From contig CAVSIB010000026.1 of assembly GCA_963727835.1 (NCBI GenBank), forward strand, positions 13,051 to 77,050: a stretch of DNA of 64,000 nt, given 5' to 3'. Made by a program: the position numbers and the translations under genes. Shown piece after piece: positions 55,865-64,000 of this stretch (the first letter of the stretch is position 1; every line of letters begins with the position of its first letter). The stretch comes from an uncultured delta proteobacterium (lineage in GTDB: Bacteria; Desulfobacterota; WTBG01; JAGOGO01). Below the pieces are notes generated by a model that did no database searches, was not told the origin of the DNA, and saw only the letters and a list, made by a program, of their open reading frames with translations.

Positions 55865-57172
55865 TTATGATCCCATGTCAAGATGCCCGCTGTTTATCCC
55901 CAGGCACCGCCCCACACCCATCGGGGTAAAGTTCCTCAGCGGCGGGAGGTTATATTTTTTCCAGGTCTCATACCAGGCAATATCAACCTCAATGTAGTAA
56001 TCCAAAGGGATCACAGGCTGATCATACTGACCGAGCACTGAGTTGGGTTCGATAACCCAGCTTGAACTTCGCGGTGTTACCCCATGAGACATCAGGTGTT
56101 CCCAGCACTCTTTCATTGACTTTACCGCGTCCTGCCATTTTTCAAATCCCCAGGGGCGGGCCATTTCACACCCGGAAACAAAAGTGGGACAGACATTGCC
56201 TTCCCCAAAGATTTCCACCGAATCACAAACGCGTTTTACCCACTCATCCCGACCAACAAACTTTTCTTTTCCCGGACAGAAAATTTTAAACTTCTCCTTG
56301 TCCCACACCTCGATATTCGCATGATGAGAGTCAACGCCGGCATCTTTAAGAATTTTGCACTCTTCTTTGGTCAGTGCGGTAGTTTGAAGATGGATCGCCC
56401 ACCGGTAGCCGATTTTTTCCCGAATAGCTTTGATGTACTGGGCGTAGAAGTGGACATTGTCTTTACGCTTAAGGCTTTTGGTAACGGCTCCGCCGGTTAA
56501 CAGAATACTATGATTAATAGATTCCCGTTCTTTATTGAAAATAGTGTCCAGTACGGTTACCACATCCTCAACGCCCTTATGCATCATAAATGGTCGTCCG
56601 GTCTTTGATTGCTTGCGGGCATTGGTGTTAATATCACAGAAAATACATTCTTCTTTTGTTCCCCAGTACTGGCAACTCCTCAAAATCGTACAGAAGGTGA
56701 GATATCCCCAAAACACAGCAGCTGCGATATCCGAGTAGGGAGTTCCATTTGGTAAACGGTGACGGTAGTAAGGGGGTTGGGGTCTCAACTCGAGATCGCC
56801 GATAAAATTGTCTTCCCAGCGAAGCTGTAACTTCCCATCAATTAGATCTATTTTATAGGGAGTTTTTTCCGGCTTCTCGAGACAGGTTTTGTTGTTTGAG
56901 GGTTTGAGGTTGTAAGGTCCTCCTTTGAATTTGAATTCTTCGGGGGCCCGTAAAAACTCCTGCCGCTTCATTTCCTCAACATCGGTTTGATCATAGGAGA
57001 AAAGGTAGTAAGATTTAGTAGTAAACTTAGCTGATTCTTCTAAAGCAGCATCGGTGAAATGAATCCCCAGCCGAAGAATATCCTCCTTGATGATAACCTC
57101 TTTCGGCACATCGGGATATCGTTCGAAATACTTTTCTAAATCATATTTTATATAAGGCATTTTACCGGGCAT
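55865..57172 (-). CDS. Uncharacterised radical-SAM-like protein with non-canonical Cys spacing (Cx5Cx8Cx2C)
   Basis: FCTILRSCQYWGTKEECIFCD is encoded at 56636-56692, followed by SILLTGG. GGAGG lies 9 nt before ATG 57172. I cannot assign a family from memory. Confidence 0.45.
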   Translation of the reverse strand: MPGKMPYIKYDLEKYFERYPDVPKEVIIKEDILRLGIHFTDAALEESAKFTTKSYYLFSYDQTDVEEMKRQEFLRAPEEFKFKGGPYNLKPSNNKTCLEKPEKTPYKIDLIDGKLQLRWEDNFIGDLELRPQPPYYRHRLPNGTPYSDIAAAVFWGYLTFCTILRSCQYWGTKEECIFCDINTNARKQSKTGRPFMMHKGVEDVVTVLDTIFNKERESINHSILLTGGAVTKSLKRKDNVHFYAQYIKAIREKIGYRWAIHLQTTALTKEECKILKDAGVDSHHANIEVWDKEKFKIFCPGKEKFVGRDEWVKRVCDSVEIFGEGNVCPTFVSGCEMARPWGFEKWQDAVKSMKECWEHLMSHGVTPRSSSWVIEPNSVLGQYDQPVIPLDYYIEVDIAWYETWKKYNLPPLRNFTPMGVGRCLGINSGHLDMGS

Positions 57173-57213
57173 GACGACCAACCTCCTTCACTGTTTAAGG
57201 GTGTCTAATTTAG

Positions 57214-57882
57214 TTACGTTCTCTCAAGGTTTTTGAAAATTCTTTCTGGAACCTTAGAACGGTTTTTGTAGATATGAAAAAGGTGTTCAGCGGTCTCTTT
57301 ACCGCCTTCCACTTCTACCACATAAACAAAATCCATCTTTTCATCAAGCATTACTTCGGTCATTGAGACACAATGGGCGCAATAAACCGGACAGTCTTTG
57401 CTTTGACCGGTCATGACCTGTGGTTTTTTTATCCTGAGCAGGTCAAGGGGTGGTCGGTATTTTCCGTCCCGAAGCTGTCTGCCGCCTGAACCACAGGGTT
57501 TGAGAAAGAACGTTACTTTTTCATCATCTTCCTTTAATTCAAACTCGCTGAAATGCGCCCTCCAGATTGCGGCAGTTGCTTCCACGCACGCTTTAAACCC
57601 TTTCTTAAAAAGTTCTCCCAAGGGCATCATATAATTTCTTACTGTTTTAAGCATGATTTCGTGTAACTTTTTATCTCCAAACTGCCTCCCGATTTCCGAA
57701 AGGATGTCGGTGACCCAATCGCGGTAAAGGTCGTGAGCAACCATAAATTCATCATAAATAGACTGCACCAGCTTCTCAGCCCCTTCCTTATCCCCTCTCC
57801 GAATAGCTTCTTTGGCCAAGGTTAATCGGGACATCGCTAAGCCGGCCAATTCCTTATCAGTAAATACTCGTTGAGTTTCCAT
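57214..57882 (-). CDS. Uncharacterised 222-aa Cys-motif protein (CGSGG ... CPVYCAHC)
   Basis: SD AGGGAGG upstream, helical N-half, C130 and C164-x3-C168-x2-C171. It is 33 nt upstream of the radical-SAM-like gene. Confidence 0.5.
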   Translation of the reverse strand: METQRVFTDKELAGLAMSRLTLAKEAIRRGDKEGAEKLVQSIYDEFMVAHDLYRDWVTDILSEIGRQFGDKKLHEIMLKTVRNYMMPLGELFKKGFKACVEATAAIWRAHFSEFELKEDDEKVTFFLKPCGSGGRQLRDGKYRPPLDLLRIKKPQVMTGQSKDCPVYCAHCVSMTEVMLDEKMDFVYVVEVEGGKETAEHLFHIYKNRSKVPERIFKNLERT

Positions 57883-58071
57883 AGCGCCTCCCTATAAATA
57901 CTATACATAAGTTAATAAAAATTGCGGGGAGTTGAACAGCACTGCAAAGGAAACCTTTTATAAGGCTGCCTGGCCGCAATACACTACTTCCTGTGCTTTC
58001 ATTAAAAAAATTAGTAACGTCACTTCAGAAATTGTTTAGTATTATTGCTCTTGCCTCCTTCTTTGAAACCA

Positions 58072-58100
58072 ATTATAGGTGCCTAAAAAATCCCTGTCAA
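58072..58100 (-). promoter_or_regulatory. Consensus sigma70 promoter for the minus-strand operon
   Basis: On the minus strand, TTGACA (58100-58095), 17 nt spacer, TATAAT (58077-58072). This implies a leader of about 180 nt before ATG 57882. Confidence 0.65.
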
Positions 58101-58106
58101 CAATTT

Positions 58107-58122
58107 TTAATCAATTAATTAA
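58107..58122. promoter_or_regulatory. Operator-like motif copy 1 (TTAATCAATTAATTAA)
   Basis: 15/16 identical to 58437-58452. TTAAT/ATTAA dyad arms. It lies 7 nt upstream of the -35 of the minus-strand promoter. Confidence 0.4.
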
Positions 58123-58407
58123 AAAAATTTTCCCAGAAACATTTAATTTGTGCATTTCGGACGACCACAAAAAAACAAATTGCTCCACCTTAGTTCACAT
58201 TTTATTATTTAAAATTAATATATTAACTGTATTGTCGAATATATTTCTTGAACGCTATTTTTTATCAGGGAATTAGAATAATTTTTCTTAAATTATAAAA
58301 ACGGGTTATTTTTGACAATTTAAATAAGCGGGTCATTTTTGCCTTGGAATTAAAAATAACATTTAAAATCAATATAATAAATAAAAAAATAACGATTTAG
58401 ATTTTTC

Positions 58408-58452
58408 TTGACATCGTTAAAAAAGTAGTGTTTTAATTAATCAACTAATTAA
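58408..58452 (+). promoter_or_regulatory. tetR/hyuAB promoter candidate with operator-like motif copy 2
   Basis: TTGACA at 58408-58413, weak -10 TTTAAT about 58432-58437, and the motif TTAATCAACTAATTAA at 58437-58452. Confidence 0.4.
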
Positions 58453-58478
58453 TAACTCGTCCCATACGACGAATTGCT

Positions 58479-59102
58479 ATGCAGTATGAATTGGCAAAGT
58501 ACGAAACAAAAAAACATAAGATTCTCAATGCAGCTTTCAAACAAATTTATGAGCAAGGGATAGCCGGGACAACCATGCGTTCCATCGCGAAAGAAGCGAA
58601 GGTCAACCAGGCCCTCCTGCACTATTATTTTAAAGATAAAGAAAATCTTCTTGCTGAGTTTATCCAGGTTCTTTTTAACCGATTTATTTATGACATTGAG
58701 AAAAGGTACAAGGAGTCAGATCCCCCCGGAAAAAAATTAGAGGCCTTCTTCGCCGCTGGAAAGGACTTTGTGGAAAAGCAGCGGGAACTGTTTGTGGTGA
58801 TGATTGATGTTTGGGCGTACTGCTTTAGAAGTAAAAAACTACAAAAGGATTATGCTGGGCTTAACCGACGACTTACCGGAGTTATGAAAGACATTGTGGC
58901 TGCGGGAAAGGAAAAAGAGGTTTTTAATAATGTCCATGAAGACACGTTGGCGATTTTATTTGTCTGCTTTGTCGTGGGGATCGGGTGTCTTTGGCACATG
59001 GATAACCGTTCCTTTAATTTGAGTGATGAATTCGACATCATGACCAGAAATCTTCGCCAACTTATTTTACACAATGATACGGGCAATAAACCATTGCTCT
59101 GA
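58479..59102 (+). CDS. TetR/AcrR family transcriptional regulator
   Basis: ILNAAFKQIYEQGIAGTTMRSIAKEAKVNQALLHYYFKDKENLL (TetR HTH). Confidence 0.88.
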   Translation: MQYELAKYETKKHKILNAAFKQIYEQGIAGTTMRSIAKEAKVNQALLHYYFKDKENLLAEFIQVLFNRFIYDIEKRYKESDPPGKKLEAFFAAGKDFVEKQRELFVVMIDVWAYCFRSKKLQKDYAGLNRRLTGVMKDIVAAGKEKEVFNNVHEDTLAILFVCFVVGIGCLWHMDNRSFNLSDEFDIMTRNLRQLILHNDTGNKPLL

Positions 59103-59168
59103 GGATAGGGTTTTCATATAATTTTTATTATTGTTGAAAGTGCTTCTACAACAGCAAAAGGAGGCCAT

Positions 59169-61298
59169 ATGAGGTTTAAAATTGGTATTGACGTTGGAGG
59201 AACATTTACAGATTTTTTATTAGTAGATGAGGAGGGAAAACACGAAGTTTTTAAAGTGCTGACAACGCCTCCCGACCCCAGTATCGGAGTGAGGCACGGC
59301 ATCGAAGAGATGGCGAAGAGCAAGAGTATGACGATTGAAGAGTTCTTCGGCTGTGTGGATGCGGTTATCCACGGAACTACCATTACCACGAATGCAGTTT
59401 TAACGAACACCGGAGCAAAGACTGGTTTTATCACCACCAAAGGATTCCGCGATGCGTTGAATATGCGCCGGGGGTTGAAAGATCGCCAGTACGATTCCCG
59501 GTACAATCCTCCCAAGGTATTGGTCAAACGGCGACACGTTTACACGGTGGAAGAACGGGTTGACTGTGAGGGCAATGAAGTTACCCCCCTCAATGAAGCG
59601 GATGTGAAGGTTGCCATTCAGAAAATGAAGGAGGCAGGGGTCGAAGCGGTGGGGGTGAGCACCTTGTTTTCCTTTTATAATCCCGCTCACGAGCAAAGGA
59701 TTGGGGAAATGTTGCGGGAGGCTTTTCCTGATATATTTGTTTCTCTTTCCACCGAAATTCTCCCCCAGATCAGACTCTACGAACGGAACAGCACGGTGGC
59801 GTTAAACGCATATGTAGGACCGCCTCTGAAGCGATATCTGGAGGCAGTTTTAGCCCGTCTAAAAAAAGACAACTTTAAAGGCACGTTGCTTATCATGCAG
59901 TGTAACGGGGGCGTCATGAGCCCTGAGGTGGCCATGCGGTTTGCCGGAAACACGCTCTTGTCTGGTCCAGCCGGAGGGCCGGTGGCGGGTCTCTGGTTCG
60001 GAAGCATGCATGGGCTCGACAACGTGATCACGGTTGACATGGGCGGCACGAGCTTTGACGCCTGTCTAATTCATAACGGAAAACCCGGGGTAACAACCGA
60101 GGGCGATATCGCAGGCTGGCGGAACGCTTTGCCGAGCCTCGACATTGTGACCATTGGCGCTGGTGGCGGCAGCATTGGCTGGATTGACCCCAGTGGCCTG
60201 CTCCAGATGGGCCCCCAGAGCGCAGGCTCCGCACCCGGCCCCGCCTGCTACAGCATGGGTGGAACGGAACCCACGTCCACCGACGCTGACCTTCTCTTGG
60301 GTTACTTAGATGCCGAATATTTCCATGGCGGGGATATGAAACTCGACGTCAAGGCAGCAGAAAAAGCCATTAAAGAGAAGGTCGCTGATAAATTAGGCAT
60401 CGGGATAATCGAGGCGGCCGAAGGTATGTATCAGATTGTTAACAGCAATATGGCTGCCGGAGTAAGCATCGTTTCCGTGGCCCGGGGCTATGATCCGCGG
60501 GAGTTCGCCCTGATCGTGGCCGGAGGCGCTGGCCCCATTCACGCCGGCATGATTGCCAAAGAACTAAAGATTCCTTTGATGATGGTGCCGCGGGGGTCTT
60601 CGGTCTTTTGCGCCGCAGGAATGCTGATGACTGATCTAAAACATGATTATGTGCGCACTTACACGGTGAACACCAATACAATCGATCTCTCGCGGTTAAA
60701 TACTATCTGCAAAGAGATGCGCACTACCGGCCGGGAAACCTTGAAGAAAGAAGGCATTCCGGATGACCGAATCGCTTATCACTTTACCGCCGACCTGCGG
60801 TATCTGGCACAGTTCAACGAAGTGGAAGTCTCCTTGCCCATGTCGGACTCCGGCGAAGTACGGGTGGCGGACATTCCTTATATGCTCCAGGCGTTTCACC
60901 AGAAGCATGATGAGCTCTATGGTTACTCGCTGTCCCAGGCGGAAACTGAGCTGATCAATGTGAGATTGAGCACCATCGGAAAAACTGATAAACCGGTGTT
61001 TAAAGAGTCGCCCTTCCGGGGAAAGGATGCCTCGCATGCGCTGAAGAAAACACGAAAGGCCCGTTTCGACAAAAAATGGATTGATACACCTGTTTATGAT
61101 GGACTGAAAATGGGCAACGGCAACGTGGTGTTCGGGCCAGCTATTATCGAGGAGCCAACCACCACGGTGATTGTTACCCCTGATTATGATATCATCATGG
61201 ACAGCTACGATAATTATATCATGCATCCCAAAGGCATCAACCCCCACGACTTAATCAAGAAGTTAAAGACAAATAATGGGTTGGTTAACAGGGAGTAA
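59169..61298 (+). CDS. hyuA: Hydantoinase/oxoprolinase family protein, A-type (HyuA-like) subunit
   Basis: 709 aa with IGIDVGGTFTDFLL, HGTTITTNAVL, DMGGTSFD, GAGGGSIGW. SD AAAGGAGG upstream. Confidence 0.9.
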   Translation: MRFKIGIDVGGTFTDFLLVDEEGKHEVFKVLTTPPDPSIGVRHGIEEMAKSKSMTIEEFFGCVDAVIHGTTITTNAVLTNTGAKTGFITTKGFRDALNMRRGLKDRQYDSRYNPPKVLVKRRHVYTVEERVDCEGNEVTPLNEADVKVAIQKMKEAGVEAVGVSTLFSFYNPAHEQRIGEMLREAFPDIFVSLSTEILPQIRLYERNSTVALNAYVGPPLKRYLEAVLARLKKDNFKGTLLIMQCNGGVMSPEVAMRFAGNTLLSGPAGGPVAGLWFGSMHGLDNVITVDMGGTSFDACLIHNGKPGVTTEGDIAGWRNALPSLDIVTIGAGGGSIGWIDPSGLLQMGPQSAGSAPGPACYSMGGTEPTSTDADLLLGYLDAEYFHGGDMKLDVKAAEKAIKEKVADKLGIGIIEAAEGMYQIVNSNMAAGVSIVSVARGYDPREFALIVAGGAGPIHAGMIAKELKIPLMMVPRGSSVFCAAGMLMTDLKHDYVRTYTVNTNTIDLSRLNTICKEMRTTGRETLKKEGIPDDRIAYHFTADLRYLAQFNEVEVSLPMSDSGEVRVADIPYMLQAFHQKHDELYGYSLSQAETELINVRLSTIGKTDKPVFKESPFRGKDASHALKKTRKARFDKKWIDTPVYDGLKMGNGNVVFGPAIIEEPTTTVIVTPDYDIIMDSYDNYIMHPKGINPHDLIKKLKTNNGLVNRE

Positions 61299-61380
61299 AA
61301 ATAATAGTTTGGTTATTGACCAAAGAAAAAACGGAGTCCGTATAGTGACTTCAATTCAATAAATAGCAAGGAGGATTTCT

Positions 61381-63130
61381 ATGAAAAAACTAGACCCCAT
61401 TCTGGTTTCGGTAATTGCCAATCGTTATGACGCGATCTGTCAAGAGATTGGGGAGACCATGTACCGAACCTCTCGGTCTCCGATTTTTAGCGAGGCAAGG
61501 GACTTTGTGACCGCTATCTTTGATCGCCAGGGCCGGATGCTGGCTCAGAAGCCTTATATTGCAGTGCTGGCTGGGGCAACGCCGTATGCGATGAAAAAAA
61601 TTATTGAAATGTTTAAAGATGACCTTCATGATGGCGATGTCATTCTCGATAACGACCCCTACTGGGGCGGAAACAATCATATGCCGGACTTTACTGTTGC
61701 CAAGCCGGTTTTCAGCAACGGCGAGCTGGTATTTTGGACGGTCGCAAAAGGTCACCATGCTGACACTGGCGGCGCCGGCTGTTGCGGGTATCAACCTGAG
61801 GCTCGCACCATCTGGCAGGAAGGCTTGAGGATTCCCCCCATCAAAATTTATGATAAAGGTATCCAACGCAAAGACGTCTGGAACATGATCCTTGCTAACG
61901 TGATGATGCGCTTTCTGGTTGAGGGAGACCTTCATTGTCAGGTCGGCGCCGCCACGGTAGGAGAAAGAAAACTGAAAGAATATTTAGAAAAGTATGGCCG
62001 GGAGACTTTGGAGGCGGCGGCGAATGAAATTTTAGATGGAACGGAAAGACAGATGCGGCAAGAAATCGCGAAAATTCCCGATGGTGATTACGAGGCAGAG
62101 CGTTATAACGACCACGATGGTATCGACCGCGACCGGCTGGTCAAAACCAAACTCACGATACGCGTGCGAGGAGAAAATATCACCTTTGACTTCACCGGGT
62201 CTGATCCCCAGGTTAAGGGTGGCATCAACAATACGGAGGCCAACACCTTTTCCAGCGTTTGTCTGGCCCTGTTCAATACCGTTGACCCGGATATCCGCAA
62301 AAATGAAGGTGCGCTCCGGCCGGTTACACTGATCGCCCCCCAGGGAACGGTCGTGAACTGCCTCGAGCCTGCCCCCTGCACCTCCTGCACCATCTGTGGA
62401 ACAGCGGCGGTGGTGGAAAGCGTTTGGCTGGCCCTTTCCAAGGCCGTACCCCAGCTTATCCAGGCAGCATGGGCGAGATGGTCTGCCCCAGCCACCATGG
62501 GCTTCAATCCCCGAACGGGGAGAATGTTTGGCGACATCCACTTTCTCTGTAAGGGCGGGGCTGGAGCAACGCTAGGATTCGACGGCTGGGATCATATGGG
62601 AGTCATCTCCTGTTCTGGCGGTTTGCGTGCTCCCGATCCGGAGCTGCATGAGTTGGTGGATCCTTACTTTCTGCTTCGCTATGAATACCTGCGAGACAGT
62701 GCTGGCCCGGGAAAATGGCGGGGTGGCATGGGGACAGCGTACATCTTTCGATCAGAAGCTGATAATATCCTGACCGACAATTTTGGTGACGGGCTTTTAC
62801 CGGAAACCGCTCCCTACGGGTTAGCGGGCGGAAAAGGTGCCAAACCGAACAAGCTGGTGGTGCGAAGGACGAGTGGGATCGGTGGAAGACCCCGAGGTCC
62901 ACAAGTATGTGACCCTCAATAAGGGTGATGTTTACGAAGTTTGGGAGACCGGAGGAGGGGGGTATGGAGATCCTTTTGAACGATCAGTGGAAAAGGTTCA
63001 GGAGGATGTTATCGATGAACTAGTGTCCATAGAATCAGCAAAGAATGATTATGGTGTGGTGATTGATTCCAAAACCTTAGCCGTTGATACGGAAAAAACG
63101 ACAAAGCTCCGTAAGGCCCACAAAAAATGA
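61381..63130 (+). pseudogene. hyuB: Hydantoinase B/oxoprolinase family (HyuB-like) subunit, one frameshift about 62870-62885
   Basis: ORF 61381..62922 (DPILVSVIANRYDAICQEIGETMYRTSRSPIFSEARDF...). The conserved end GSVEDPEVHKYVTLNKGDVYEVWETGGGGYGDPFER...NDYGVV is in ORF 62837..63130 in another frame. Confidence 0.88.
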
Positions 63131-63569
63131 GATAAAGGCGTTGTTGCTTTAATAAGCTTCATGCTTTGAGCCTCTCGCTTCTGAGGCTGTCCGGCAACCT
63201 CGGTTTAGGAATGATGTGCTATCTCTCAAGGCCCTCTCACAAGACTTCCCGAAAGAGGATTTTCGGACAGCCTCTACCCTCTCTTTTATTGTACGAATCA
63301 AGTATGCGTTATTGAAGACAGCAGACGCCACCATGGGTCGCATGAATATAGCTATGTTCCCCAATGCGAAAACAAAAAGCTTTCACCCTGTTGCGACCTG
63401 TCCCACCGCGTAAAGGCGGGGGCCCTAGTGACACCGATAGAAATTTTCCTTTACCCTCTTTGTGTATAATTATATAGTGTGACCATGAAAGTGTTTTTGC
63501 GAAAAGCAATCTTCTTGCGCCTCCGGCGACAGGCGTAAAAAAATACTCACGGCTTATGACGAGGGCTTT

Positions 63570-64000
63570 ATGGTTCCACTGCTCACGATAGTGCAGAAAA
63601 ACAAAGAGAAACTTATCCGGCGCTGTGTTTGCGAGTACCATGGAGAGAAGCCAAAGGGTAAACGAAAAATAGAGGCTTCCTTTGCTATCGCGATTGAGCT
63701 TTTTATAGAGGGGATCAAACATAAAAACGTCACCTGCTTGGGCTCATTTCTCGAAAGGATAGTTGATGGAGAAAACCAGAAGGAGATGCATCCATCGCAG
63801 GGGGCCAGACTTCTTAACATAACGAGAAAGGTTCTGCTCCAGTTGGTTCTGAAAAAACATGAAAAAAAGGGTATGACTAAGGCAATTGATTGCATAGATC
63901 GGACTTTCGCTATCGCCACGAAAGTCATGATGCATCGCTTTGAAAATATTGCCTCGCGGGAGCGCGAGGAGATCAAAAAAAGAGAGCGCCGCATCGGAGA
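63570..64000 (+). CDS. Partial CDS running off the window (not in the ORF track); possibly an RsbRD-N-like sensory N-domain
   Basis: The frame is open from 63489 to the window end: MVPLLTIVQKNKEKLIRR...HPSQGARLLNITRKVLLQLV...IDRTFAIATKVMMHRFENIASREREEIKKRERRIG. TATAAT at 63465-63470. An upstream ATG at 63485 is out of frame across an A7 run. Confidence 0.4.
   Translation, partial: MVPLLTIVQKNKEKLIRRCVCEYHGEKPKGKRKIEASFAIAIELFIEGIKHKNVTCLGSFLERIVDGENQKEMHPSQGARLLNITRKVLLQLVLKKHEKKGMTKAIDCIDRTFAIATKVMMHRFENIASREREEIKKRERRIG

Overview
This is a 64-kb chromosomal segment of moderate to low GC. The gene content suggests an anaerobic Desulfobacterota- or Nitrospirota-like bacterium, but the taxonomy is inference only. 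The supporting genes are an ETF-linked membrane HdrD/DsrK-type Fe-S oxidoreductase, a DsrC-like relic, a PAS-Cys4 sensor and CIRCE-groESL.

Core housekeeping genes are all intact: yggU-divIVA-yggT, coaX-nadC-valS, groES-groEL behind a perfect CIRCE, ssb, gyrA, gyrB, parB, parA with a parS site, rsmG, a SurA-like PPIase, truA, prmC-prfA-rpmE and rho.

A long minus-strand catabolic supra-operon is also intact. It runs acyl-CoA dehydrogenase, membrane Fe-S oxidoreductase, unknown 195-aa protein, hydroxyacyl-CoA dehydrogenase/enoyl-CoA hydratase fusion, etfA, etfB, thiolase. It is headed by two uncharacterised Cys-motif proteins, one radical-SAM-like with Cx5Cx8Cx2C spacing and one carrying CxxxCxxC. 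These lie divergent from tetR plus a GC-richer hyuA-hyuB (hydantoinase/oxoprolinase-type) pair.

The most striking global feature is that about 16 accessory loci are frameshifted or truncated. They include queE, queC, dsrC-like, mfd (3 indels), rmuC, a GT4 glycosyltransferase, an asmA-like gene, an alpha/beta hydrolase, hyuB, ClC and others. The roughly 26 kb of core and beta-oxidation genes carry no disruption.

Other features are a 146-bp MITE-like element with terminal inverted repeats that supplies the C-terminal tail of a response regulator, a prmC with no canonical start codon (an ATT overlaps the prfA stop), and several hairpins and operator-like palindromes. I saw no rRNA, tRNA, CRISPR array, transposase or prophage genes.
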